Origin: Felis catus
Taxonomy: Eukaryota
DNA: 64,000 nucleotides
NCBI RefSeq assembly: GCF_018350175.1
Contig: NC_058368.1
Span: 113,398,001 to 113,462,000 of the forward strand
Direction: 5' to 3'
The notes under the pieces are model-generated. The model was not told the origin of the DNA. It was given only the letters and a program-made list of their open reading frames with translations, and did not search any database. The position numbers and the translations under genes are program-made. Of the stretch, positions 12,716 through 24,120 are shown in pieces; the first letter of the stretch is position 1; each line of letters starts with the position of its first letter.

Positions 12716-12957
12716 TACTCTACCTGGCTTGGGCTACCGAAACAAAATACTAGACAGTGGGTGACTTGGACAACAGACTGTTATTTCTCACAGTTCTGGA
12801 GGATGGATATCTGAGATCACGTTGCCACTATGGCCAATTTCTTTGAGAGCTCTCTTGCTGGCTTGTAGATGGCCACCTTCTCACTATGTGAGAAGGCTTT
12901 TTCTCAGTGTATACACACAGCAAGCCAGTAAGCTCTGTGATGTCTCTTTTTACTCTG
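12716..12957 (-). mobile_element. MLT1 (MaLR) LTR, left part
   Basis: aaaatactagacagtgggtgacttggacaacaga...tatttctcacagttctggagg...gcttgtagatggccaccttctc matches MLT1A/B/C in antisense; preceded by ccatc (12711-12715). Confidence 0.85.
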
Positions 12958-12963
12958 CATACC

Positions 12964-13368
12964 TTTTTTAAAAAAGACTTTATTTACTTTTTTACTTAAA
13001 TCCACATTAGTTAACATATAGTGTAATAATGATTTCAGGAAAAGAATTTAGTGATTCATCACTTACATACAACACGCAGTGTTCATCTCAAGTGCCTTCC
13101 TTAATGCCCATCACCCATTTGGTCCATCCATCCACCCAACAACCCTCCAGGGGCCCTCACTTTTGTTCTCTGTATTCAAGAGTCTCTTATGGTTTGTCTT
13201 CCTGTTTTTTATCGTATTTTTGCTTCCCTTCCCATATGTTCATCTGTTTTATTTCTTAAATTCCAAATATGAGTAAAATCATATGATATTTGTCTTTCTC
13301 TGACTAACTTATTTCACTTAGCATAATACACTCTAGTTCCATCCGTGTTGTTGCAAACGGCAAGATTT
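12964..13368 (-). mobile_element. L1 3' end (carnivore L1), directly 3' of the EEF2 retrocopy
   Basis: Minus strand: AAATCTTGCCGTTTGCAACAACACGGATGGAACTAGAG...CACTATATGTTAACTAATGTGGATTTAAGTAAAAAAGTAAATAAA, a typical carnivore L1 3'UTR with an A-rich tail. Confidence 0.92.
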
Positions 13369-13397
13369 TTTTTCAAGTTTAAAACATGTATTTAAAA

Positions 13398-13610
13398 TTT
13401 TTTTTAATGTTCATTTATTTTTGACAGAGAGAGAGACACAGAGCATGTGCGGGGGAGGGGCAGAGACAGAGGGAGACACAGAATCTCCCACAGGCTCCAG
13501 GCTCTGAGCGGTCAGCACAGAGCCTGACGCAGGGTTGAAACTCACAGACTGCAAGATCATGACCTGAGCCGAAGTCGGACGCTCAACCTACTCAGCCACC
13601 CAGGCACCCC
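13398..13610 (-). mobile_element. Can-SINE (feliform SINEC_Fc-like)
   Basis: Full head, (CT)n and A tail; perfect 18-bp TSD TAAAACATGTATTTAAAA at 13380-13397 and 13611-13628. Confidence 0.95.
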
Positions 13611-14023
13611 TAAAACATGTATTTAAAATACAATTCATAAAATGCTTAATCTGCTGACTCTGGAGCCCTCGGTGCGGGGTGGGGTGGGGTAGGCAGCTGC
13701 CCGCTAAACCAGCAGAGCAGGACTGCAGGGGTGTGGCCCTCCCTCCCATGCCCTTCTGCTCAGACACCCAAGAGGCCCATGGGCACCCCTGGGATCACAC
13801 AGCCAGAAAACAGGTCCCCAGATGTTTCCAGAGTCTCTGCTTACCAGGGAGGCTGGGGCAGCCCTGCCAGCTCATCCCTGAGCAAAGCATCCCCACATGG
13901 GGCAGAGCAGGGTATGGCTGGGCTGGACAGGGCAGGGCGGGGCACTGGGCTCTGGAAGAGGCTGATGGTAGCAGATAGGGTGTTGCCTCCTGCCTGCAGG
14001 TGGGGAGCACCCTGATTTGTTTT

Positions 14024-15977
14024 TCACCACCATATCAAACTTATTATTCCAATGGCACTAATACAGCTGGGGGTGTTCACGGTGATGCTGCACAAAGTTT
14101 CCTGCGTTTTAGCTTCTTCCCAAAGAGAAAGGTCTACCCGCCTGTTCCTTCCCCCTTTCTGGGGGAAAATCCACCACAGACTATTTACCCAAATAAACCT
14201 CTTAATGCCTTTTTTTTTTTTTTTGACATTTGAGTTTCTGAAATGGAAAAAAAAAAAACTGTTGAGTGTCCCATCCCGCCTCCCCCACTCCCACCGGCTA
14301 AATAAGTCCCTGTTGCCAGGGCATTTCTGTTGCCTCTGATATCTTGAAATAAACATCGAAAGAAATGGCAGCAAGTGTTCACGTTGAGTGATGGCACAGA
14401 GTGGGCCCCAGAACCCATCAGGTGGAGCATCACTGGGGACAGTCTTGAGGTGTCATGGAGAATGCGAGGGCTTGCTGTGGTCGATTGTCAGCCGAGGGCA
14501 AGGGCTGTGCTGAGTCCCACCCAGGGTAGTGGACTGCAGGGAGGGCAGCCTACTATTTGTCCAGGAAGTTGTCCAGGGCTGGGATTCCTTCCTTCAGGCC
14601 CTTGCGCTTGTGTGTTTCGGCCATCACCTGGCTGGGGTGGCTGGTGTTGTTGAAGAGATCCCCAGGCAGGGTCTGCCAGTGGTCAAAGACGCACTGGGAG
14701 AAGGCCTGGCCACCAGGGTTGGACCTCAGGTCAGCAGTGAAGCTGAAGGACTCGTTCACAGGCAGGTAGGCCTCCACGACAAACACGGGGGTGCCGGCTG
14801 GGACTCCTCAAAGACGTGACCATGCTTCCTGTTCAGGACACCATAGATGCCACTAGCCACTTGTTCTGGACACTGAATATCCACAAGGTAGACAGGCTCC
14901 ATGAGACAGGACTGAGTGGTCAGCACACTGGCACAGAGACAGCGCCAGCCAGTGGGGATGATCTGGCCACCGCCACGGTGGATGGCATTCGCATGCAAGG
15001 TCACATCAGGGATATCGAAGCACACACCCCACGTGTTTTCCTTGCACAGGGCTTCCTCTTTGGTGGCCCAGTGGAAGCCAGCTACCATACTGTCCTTGAT
15101 CTCGTTGAGGCACTGCACACCCTTGGTGATGTCGGTGAGGACACTGGGGCTGGCGTCAGGCCCAAAGCATCAGATCTTGTGGGCTTCTGCCACATCCTAC
15201 TCATACTTCTCAGCCAGATAGCGGACCTGCTGCTTGAGTTCTTGGCGGACAGACACTTCGCCCTTGTCGATGTCCTTGGCCAGGCCATCAGGGAAGGGCC
15301 GCACCTTCATGTACAGCTGGTTGTGCCTATTTTGGGACTTGGACAAGCAGAGCACACTCGACTCCTCACTGACCATCTCCCGGTAGGACACCACGGGGTT
15401 GGATTTCTCGATGGGAATGCACGCGTGGTCCTCCTCCAGGTCCTTCAGACAGATCTCCAGGTACAGCTCACCAGCCCCTGTGATGATGTGCTCCCTTGAC
15501 TCTTCAATGATGCCCTGCACTGTGGGGTCCCACTTAGCCAGGCATTCAGGCCCTCCACTAGCTTGGGAAGGTTGGCTGGATTCTTGGCCTCCACAGCAAT
15601 CCGGACAATGGGGCTAACACTGAACTTCATCACCCGCATGTTGTGGGCATGCTCGAAGGTGGTGATTGTGCCATTCTTCACCAGGAACTGGTCCATGCCC
15701 ACCAGGCCCACAATGTTCCCACAAGGCACATCTTCAACGGGCTCCACATAATGGCCCATCTTTAGGAGTGTTCTCTGGATGGGCTTCAGGTACAGGTCCT
15801 CCTTCTTCCCAGGTGTGTAGTTGGGCCCCATGATCCTGACCTTGAGACCAGTAGACACCAGCCCCGAGAATACGCAGCCGAAAGCGTAGAACCAACCTTT
15901 GTCAGAGGTTGGCACCATCTTGGAAATGTACATCATAAGTGGGCCTTTGGGGTCACAGCTTTTAATGCCCATGGCTG
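14024..15977 (-). pseudogene. EEF2: EEF2 processed pseudogene, 5'-truncated (C-terminal ~55% of CDS plus 3'UTR)
   Basis: Intronless match from [27 protein letters not shown] to [16 protein letters not shown]. It has in-frame stops (15197-15199 TAG, 15170-15172 TGA, 14553-14555 TAG) and frameshifts near 15540 and 14795. The original stop is at 14550-14552, followed by a recognisable EEF2 3'UTR to ~14024. The diphthamide His codon (14978-14980) is retained. Confidence 0.97.
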
Positions 15978-16010
15978 AACCGTCACCCGGAGACCATATA
16001 TACATACTTT

Positions 16011-16013
<3 letters not shown>

Positions 16014-16059
<46 letters not shown>
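16014..16059. repeat. (AC)n microsatellite at the retrocopy 5' junction
   Basis: Seen directly. Confidence 0.97.
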
Positions 16060-16060
<1 letters not shown>

Positions 16061-16064
16061 ACGA

Positions 16065-16211
16065 GATGTCTCTTCTTATATACTATCTTACAGGAATAGG
16101 GCCCTACCCTGACGACCTCATTTAACCTTGGTTACCTCTTTAGATGCCCAATCTTCAATACAGGACACTGAGAGTTAAGAGTTCAACATATAAAACATTC
16201 AGTCTGTAACA
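16065..16211 (-). mobile_element. MLT1 (MaLR) LTR, right part
   Basis: tgtctcttcttata...gacctcatttaaccttggttacctc...ttcaacatata...attcagtctgtaaca continues the same LTR; followed by tcatc (16212-16216), a 5-bp TSD-like match. Confidence 0.85.
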
Positions 16212-16360
16212 TCATCTATAAGGAAACTGTTACCTTAATTACAAGACATCCATTCATGAAATCTTGTCCAGCTGTTATAAAAGAGGAAGTAGATCAGTGT
16301 GTACTAACACAGGTAGATATTTATAACAAATTAAGTAAGGAAGCAAGTTAAAATATTTGC
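16212..16360 (+). mobile_element. Old L1M (L1ME-like) fragment, continuation
   Basis: catccattcatgaaatcttgtccagctgttataaaagaggaagtagatc resembles the L1M motif catccatacaatggaatactatgcagccgttaaaaagaatgaggtagatc. Confidence 0.6.
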
Positions 16361-17229
16361 AATGGCAAAGTAACTTCCAAACACCAGACAACTAATAAAC
16401 AGCAAAACTAGTACTCAAACTAGGTCTGCTTCTCAAGGAAGGACCTTTCCCTTTGCTATCCTGCTGACCTTGAGAAGTCCTTCTGCCCACAAAGTCCTAG
16501 CCTCCACCCACTTACACACCAGAACCTTCCATTTCTCTACTATGTGAATGAATTCAGACACCCTATGCCGTCAGGCCAACACCACACCTGATGTCTGTAT
16601 ACACTGGTCTACAAACCTCACCTGCAAAAAGTAACCTTTTCTTGCTTCTTAGAGAATCTTGCCTGCAGCGGGGGAAACAATGAAGTCATGACTATTGTCC
16701 AGAGCAAGAGCAAGTGTCCAGCCCTAAGAGAATTGGAATTCGCTTCTGAGTTGTAAGAGAACACCCTGGACCTGGCTGGAACTACACAGCAGTGACTGGA
16801 AAGAGCTTTGCCTTTCAGCTCATGGGCAAAACAAGACATTATGAGCAACCACTGCTAAGTCCTACTTGTCTAATTTACAAGTCCTGATCATTAAAAAAGA
16901 ATGTATTAAGGGAAGTCTACAGCAGCAGTGGAAATATGCTCCATAAAATCACAAGCCACAAAAGTATATTAACCAGGCCAGGCAATCCCGCTTTCTCAAA
17001 GCTATCATCCCATACCAACCTCAGTTTCCCAGTTGTTCTGGGATGGTAAACAAAAGGACCCTCACTCCACGTTTCTGCCAAGAAACTGATTTCCTTGTAA
17101 AAGTGGGATAGGGAGAGAAGAGGATAAAAGGGAGGGGGGTAGTATTAACTACATGGAAAGAAAAGGAAAGAGGGAGCATTTTATTACATAATGCATCATC
17201 CAGTTGAGGGACTAACAGTGGCGACAATG

Positions 17230-17395
17230 ACACTTACCAACTATATATAGAATAATGTACTATTTTTCTAATTAACCAATGAGGAAACTGACACAGAGAT
17301 GGTAAGTAACTAACTTGTCTGTGGTCACGTAGTTGGTAAATCTGGACTAGAATCTAGAGTACTCTCACACCAAAGCTGATGCTCAGAGCCACCAG
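17230..17395 (-). mobile_element. MIR
   Basis: aatgaggaaactgacacagagatggtaagtaact...ggtcacgtagttggtaa. Confidence 0.7.
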
Positions 17396-17777
17396 GCCAC
17401 TCATGAGCAGCTTATGATGTGGAGAAAAGTGACAAATACAGTGCCAAGAAGCAGCATGTTGAACATCCCTGTCCACCGCCCCCAAGAATCATGTCGCCCA
17501 AAGGATCCACAAGAAGAAATTAATACTGTGAAGAAAATATTGTACTATTCAGAAGTCAAAGCCAGATTGTTGAACATTTGAGTAAGCGTATATTACTTTT
17601 ATAATGAATATGAAGGTCAAAGTTTCTTTTCAAGGTGATGCTCATGCCCAGTCAACTTAATTTTCTCTCTGACTTAAAAAACAACATGGACCCAGGGAGG
17701 CTTGTGGTTCCTTCTCTCAGGGATTCTGTGAAGCCTATCTATGGTCCACATCACTGACCAGGAGGTGCATGAGGTTT

Positions 17778-17840
17778 GGTGGCAACATGGGATCAGATGG
17801 AGCAACATGGGATCAGATGGTGGCAACATGGATCAGTAGG
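17778..17840. repeat. Short tandem repeat, ~21-bp unit x3
   Basis: ggtggcaacatgggatcagat / ggagcaacatgggatcagat / ggtggcaacatggatcagt. Confidence 0.9.
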
Positions 17841-18819
17841 ACCTGACAATGGCCTTCGTTCTCAATAGGAGGACAAGAGACCATCCAAAGAGAAGTCTTA
17901 ACCTTCCCATCCATCAAAATGGCCAGAATTCATTAAAGTGTTATAAAAATAAAGGTCCTTGAGTTCTACTTCATGGTAATTGGCAGGAATTATTCCTAAG
18001 ACACTTATGAACAAAGACAACAGAATTACTGAAGATACATAAGACCAGTTCTATAACCTAGGAAAATAAGAGGACACAAAAAGCACAATAAAAATCAAAC
18101 ACCTCCATGAAAAAGGCAGAGTTAAAAGAGGGGTATAGCTCAGCAAGTCTATGTTTTATACCTGTACTTCACTTTAATACAATTAAAATTCCTGTAAAAC
18201 ATGTAGCTTTTCATAAAGAATGAACTCCTTTGTGCTGATGAGCACAACTCTGTCACTATTCAGCAGTCCTAGTAGTTGACCATATAAAAATGGGGAAATA
18301 CAGAAACTCCAAGAATTTCCAATAAATAATTAAACCAGTGTGTCTAGAAGAAGAGAACCCATAGGTTTGGATCAGAGAGGTGAAGGTGTACAAGAGGCAC
18401 AATTGTGCCACTTCCTGCCTTTGTGGTCCAGATGGGTCACTCACTCTTCAGGATTCAAATGCAGACAAAGAGATCTACTTCACTCGGATATTGTGAGTAA
18501 TTGAAGACACAACGCATGAAAGTTGCCCAGCACAGAGCCTGGCACATAGGATGTGTTCAGTAATCATCTTCACCACACTTTTAGCTTGCTCTTCAAATAC
18601 AGAAAGCGGATATATGCAAAAGGCAAGGAACCCTAGACATTTTAGAGATTCAAGATACCNNNNNNNNNNNNNNNNNNNNNNNNNNNNNNNNNNNNNNNNN
18701 NNNNNNNNNNNNNNNNNNNNNNNNNNNNNNNNNNNNNNNNNNNNNNNNNNNNNNNNNNNNNNNNNNNNNNNNNNNNNNNNNNNNNNNNNNNNNNNNNNNN
18801 NNNNNNNNNNNNNNNNNNN

Positions 18820-19473
18820 TGGTGAGGATGTGAGAAAAAAGAGCCCTCTTGCACTATTGCTGGGAAGGCAAACTGGTACAGTCATTGTGGAAAACAGTAT
18901 GAAGTTTCCTTAAAAAATTAAAAATAGAACTACTCTATGACCCAGTGAACATACTACTAGGTATTTACCCCCAAAATACAAAAACACTAATTCAAAGGGA
19001 TACCTGCTTTCCTAGTTTATAGTAGCATTACTTATGAAATGCAAACTATGGAAGCAGCCCAAGTGTCCTATTAAAATTCTATTAAAATTAAATTCTATTA
19101 ATTTTATAGGTGAATGGATAAAGATGTATATATACACACACACAGGAATATTATTCATCCATAAAAAAGAATGAAATCTTGCCATTTGCAACAATGTGGA
19201 TAAAGCTAGAGAGTATAATGCTAAGTGAAAGAAGTCAGTCAGAGAAAGACAAATACCATATGATCTCACTCACATGTGGAATTTAAGAAACAAAACAAAT
19301 GAGCAAAATAAAAAAGAGAGAGAGGCAAACGAAGAAACATTCTCTTAGCTCTAGAGAACAAACTGATAGTTAACAGAAGGGAGGGGGAAAGGGCAAGGTA
19401 AAATGAGTGATGTGAATTAAAGAGTATACTTACCATGATGCAAAGTAAATAAATCAAATCAAATTAAAAAAAA
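18820..19473 (+). mobile_element. Carnivore L1 3' end (ORF2 end + 3'UTR)
   Basis: ggtgaggatgtgagaaaaaa...aaaatagaactac...gaaatcttgccatttgcaacaa...gagaaagacaaataccatatgat, followed by an A-rich tail. Confidence 0.92.
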
Positions 19474-21931
19474 GATCTCGGAGCTACAGTGCTATTCATC
19501 CCTTTCCATTTCAAATGTTACACTCATTTGTACAAGAAGCAACTTTAACATTTCTCTTTGAACATAAAGCTCAGGGTCTACTTTATCCAGAAAGCTTTCA
19601 CTGATTAACCAGATCTACACCACTGCTGAAACCACCATACAACAACTAAGGAGTTCACATATCTCTAGTAGAGCTGTGTTCTGCCTTGTCTCATCTTGGA
19701 GATTATAAAGTCTGGGAATGAAGAATAAAAACCTTTTTTCCCCTCTAAATTATGTGCACTAAGAACAAACAACAAAGCCTTGTCAACAAACTTACACAGT
19801 CATAGTCATAGTCCTTATTTTGTTTGGTTTGTTTTGAGAGAAGGTACTGTGGGCTTTGAAAAGTCTCTATTACAGAGTCATAGACTATGAGTCTTAATAT
19901 CCTAAGGCCTACATTCAGGCACCATTGATAAAATGCTAGGGGAGAAAAATAATGATTAAGGACTATCTGACAAACACTGTTGATCCAAGCAGACAATGGC
20001 TTGTGTCAGGGAGGTTGTCAACATGAGGTGTGCTAGGTATAAATGGGCAGGCAGGGTTCAGCAAGGCAGGCTTCATGTACAAGGTTAGTGTCTTCTGATC
20101 CTTAGCCAGAGGCTGTCCATTTGACTGCTTCCACCGTCTTATAAGGCTTGGCAGGGAAAGATGTTAACTGAAAACAGAAAAATAAAGTCTGCAGGGAAAC
20201 CCTGCCCCAAATTGGTGACAATTTGTTCAAATGACCTCTACGAGCCTCAGATGAAGTGGTTACTTCCGTAATGTGGCATCCTCAGAAGCATAACTTAAGT
20301 CCAGAGCTCTGGTGATGTATCATGGTGCTCACTCACTGCCACCTCCCTTGACAAGTCCAGAAATCAGTGGAAGAAGGCAAAATAGTCCCACACCACATGT
20401 ATCTACCAAATCTCTTTTTCCTGTTTTACAAATCTAACCTAGGTTTTCCATCTCAGACTATAATGGGCCAAGGAGAATGCAAATCTACAGTTAATCTCCC
20501 TGCAGCATCTATTTTATGAGGTGGTAAGTAATTTAAAACTGTTAAAATATTAAGGCCATCACTGGTCTACTACAGAACAGAATACAAAATTCATATACAT
20601 TTGTATAAAGAGACTCCAAAGATGTATGTGCTGGCAGTAGGTTCTGTCCCCTGAACCTCAAGAAAGATGTACGTTGTAGCTTGCCCTTAGAGGCTCTTTG
20701 ATAGAAAAGTTTCAGAAGTGTTGAAAGTGTTTACCAAGTTTAAAGGGTCTTAAGAATGAAGTGGAGAGCTCTCCAGGGTACTGATATCCAAGATGGAAAA
20801 TCAATAGCCGTAAAAGTCCATATAAAGAACTTGCATAAGCAAATCGCTCATTCTTGCAGGACCCGTTGAAGCTAGTTATTCAAAACTGCATCCCACACCC
20901 CCTGGAACAGACTTCCCATGCCATCTGTTCCCAGGGAGCTCAGTCCCACTGGTGAGAGGCCCCAGGGCTTTTCAGAGAAGTGACCCTGCATAATCCAAAG
21001 CTTTTTTGAGACCTTTAATGTGCTAACCACTGGGTGAGATTTACAAATGAGTTACAAAGTATTTGTGGCTCCCTAGGTATGACTATCAAAATTAAAGCTT
21101 TTATTACTTTCATTCCTCCCACTGTTAATTTTTTAGAAACACTTGGCTCCAGATTTATAAATGGGTAAGTGGAGACTATGTATTTCCAAGTCCTTTCTTT
21201 CTGCAATTAGGGCAGACTCATTTCTGAGTCCTTGGGATGGTTCCCAAGGCTATTAAATTCTATTCCTTAACTGATAACATTGAAGCAGTCATGACAAAGT
21301 TAGTGCTGATGGGATCAGGGATTTCTTTGGGCACCATCTAAGCTATTAGAAAGCACTTCAAACTGAGAGAAGAGCGGTTGCATCTCCCACTGAAGGATTC
21401 AGTAAATCTGTATCATTTAAGTCTTGTTTACTCTTGTTGCTTTGTTTTTTTGGGGGGTCCCACCTTATTCAATCATTGCTAAAATACTTTTCCATGTGCA
21501 TCCATCAGGTAATCAATTGACAGTCCCAACCTTGCCCACAACGGCTCTTTCCTGCGTGTCTCTTCACCAATGTGCCCCTCAATGGCTGATCACCTCCCTT
21601 CCATTACTCTAAAATACAGCCTGTAGTGCTAATATAAAATATAAATCAGGTCTTAACTGCGCATGGAAGACAAATGCAACAATAAATAATGAGAAAGCAC
21701 CCATGAGGTTTCCTAAGACAAACATGGAATAAACACAAGGAGTAAAATCTCTCGTTTTCATTCTTTAGCAATAAATACTGAGTACCCAGCAGGTAAAACA
21801 GAGCAGGGAGATAATCATCTTTGGATACTGTAATGGCTGCAATGCTTCTTTCACTAAGAAGTGAAAATGATGTTCTCATTTTTGTTAAATTTATGGATTC
21901 TACACTTTATATTTTTTTTAAAAAAGAATTT

Positions 21932-22094
21932 TATGTATTTATTTTATTTATTTATTTTAATGTTTATTTATTTTGAGGAGGGAGGGGCAGAGAGGATCCC
22001 AAGCCATGGAGCTCCATCTCATGAACCATGAGATCATGACCTGAGCTCAAATCAAGAGTCAGATGCTTAGCTGACTGAGCCACCCAGGCGCCCC
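21932..22094 (-). mobile_element. Can-SINE with internal deletion
   Basis: Head gggGCGCCTGGGTG on minus; TSD taaaaaagaattt / taaaaaagattt. Confidence 0.88.
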
Positions 22095-22114
22095 TAAAAA
22101 AGATTTCAGCTCTC

Positions 22115-22594
22115 AGTCAACTCAATTAAAAAAATAGGCAGAGGACCTGCATAGACATTTTTCTGAAGACGACATACAGATGGCCAAGAGGCACATGAAA
22201 AGAGGCTCAGAGAAATGCAAATCAAAACCACAATGAGTTATGAGCTTATACCTGTCATAATANNNNNNNNNNNNNNNNNNNNNNNNNNNNNNNNNNNNNN
22301 NNNNNNNNNNNNNNNNNNNNNNNNNNNNNNNNNNNNNNNNNNNNNNNNNNNNNNNNNNNNNNNNNNNNNNNNNNNNNNNNNNNNNNNNNNNNNNNNNNNN
22401 NNNNNNNNNNNNNNNNNNNNNNNNNNNNNNNNNNNNNNNNNNNNNNNNNNNNATAAAAACAATAATTTTAAAAGATATATGTAACCCTATGTTAACTGCA
22501 GTATTTCTAATAGTCAAAATTTGGAAACAACTTGAGTAGTGACATATGGATTAAAGGATAAAGAAGAGACAGTGTGTGTACACACACATGTGAG

Positions 22595-22636
<42 letters not shown>

Positions 22637-22770
22637 GGAATATTACTCAGCCATAAAAAGGAATTAAATCTTGCCATTTGCATCAACACGGATAGACCCA
22701 GACAGTATTACACTATGTGAAATAATTCAGAGAACGACAAACACTGTATGATTTTACTTATAGGTGAAAT
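22115..22770 (+). mobile_element. L1 3' region (spans a gap; contains (CA)n)
   Basis: gacatacagatggccaagaggcacatgaaaaga...aaatgcaaatcaaaaccacaatgag; ggaatattactcagccataaaaagg. Confidence 0.9.
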
Positions 22771-23226
22771 ATGGCCTCAAACCTCCCTTCTAGAATTTGG
22801 CTCATATTCTCAGACTGTATTCTCCTTATCCTCTAAGGTTTACCATGCCTTCAGCTACACTGGACAATTCACAAATTTTCCAACTCTTTGCTTGCTTTCA
22901 AGCCTCTAGAGTCTAGACTGCAGTGTCCAATACAGAGAACCATTCAATTCTTAGAGGTGCCTCATGACACCAATATTATCTCCACTTGACAAATAAAGGG
23001 GAAAAATTAAACTAGCCAAAGATCATGCAACTAGTATGTGACAAACATGAGTTATGACTCTAAGTATGTTGTAATCAAGTAGAAGCTTCAGGAGACCACA
23101 GAGGGTGGCTATCCTCACTACCGCATGCCCCCTCACCTAAACAGCATCTGGAATATCATAGGGCTCAGTAACAGAGTAACTATCTTGCTCTGTGAGGCTA
23201 GGAACAAAGTCCAGCTCACCATTTCT

Positions 23227-23455
23227 TTTTTTTTAATGTTTATTTGTTTGGTGGGGGAGAGAGAGAGAGAGGGAGGGAGAAAGAGGAAGAGGGAGAGAGA
23301 TAGAGAATGGAGGATGGAAAGAGAGAGTAAAAGAGAGAGAGAGAGTCCCAAGCACATAGAGCCCAGTGTGGGGCTTGATCCTTTGAACTGTGAGACCATG
23401 ACCTGAGCAGAAATCAAGAGTTGGATGTTTCAACACTTGAGTCACCCAGCCACCC
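23227..23455 (-). mobile_element. Can-SINE
   Basis: TSD gctcaccatttct (23214-23226) / gctcatcatttct (23459-23471). Confidence 0.9.
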
Positions 23456-24034
23456 TAGGCTCATCATTTCTGAACCCCAAGTTCTCTGGCATGTGTCTGC
23501 TATAAGGGACATGCTTAGTTAATGCTGAATAAACTGTCTTTGAAAAGAGTATCTGGATGAATCTTGTAAGCTGGAATTTCTAGGTCACAAAGATTCATAG
23601 CTCAAAGAGTCCTTGGAGCATTTGCCTTCAGACCAACATGTTCATATTTAACATAGGGAAGACTTTAACCCATCAGTTCAGCAAACTTTCATGAAACTAC
23701 ATTTACATGCCAAGTACTATTATAAGCTCTGGGCATTCAGAGATGGGTAGGACCCAAGTCCTTGCCCTTAAGGAACTGACATTCTNNNNNNNNNNNNNNN
23801 NNNNNNNNNNNNNNNNNNNNNNNNNNNNNNNNNNNNNNNNNNNNNNNNNNNNNNNNNNNNNNNNNNNNNNNNNNNNNNNNNNNNNNNNNNNNNNNNNNNN
23901 NNNNNNNNNNNNNNNNNNNNNNNNNNNNNNNNNNNNNNNNNNNNNNNNNNNNNNNNNNNNNNNNNNNNNNNNNNNNNNNNNNNNNNNNNNNNNNNNNNNN
24001 NNNNNNNNNNNNNNNNNNNNNNNNNNNNNNNNNN

Positions 24035-24120
24035 AGGGGAAGAGGAAGGGAAGGACGGACAAGGGCAGTGGATAGGGGAAGAGGAAGGGAAGGAAGGGCA
24101 AGAGGAAATGAAAGAAGGGA
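24035..24120. repeat. Purine-rich low-complexity tract next to a gap
   Basis: aggggaagaggaagggaagga repeated. Confidence 0.8.

Noticed and set aside
14210-14248. T14 run as the retrocopy polyA tail
   Set aside because: EEF2 3'UTR homology continues on both sides, so it is an internal homopolymer.
14550-16062. EEF2-like ORFs (205, 107, 120, 77 aa) as a functional retrogene
   Set aside because: The GTPase domain is missing, there are several stops and frameshifts, and the 205-aa ORF starts in a (GT)n microsatellite.
17778-17840. CRISPR-like repeat array
   Set aside because: Head-to-tail units with no spacers in mammalian DNA; an ordinary short tandem repeat.
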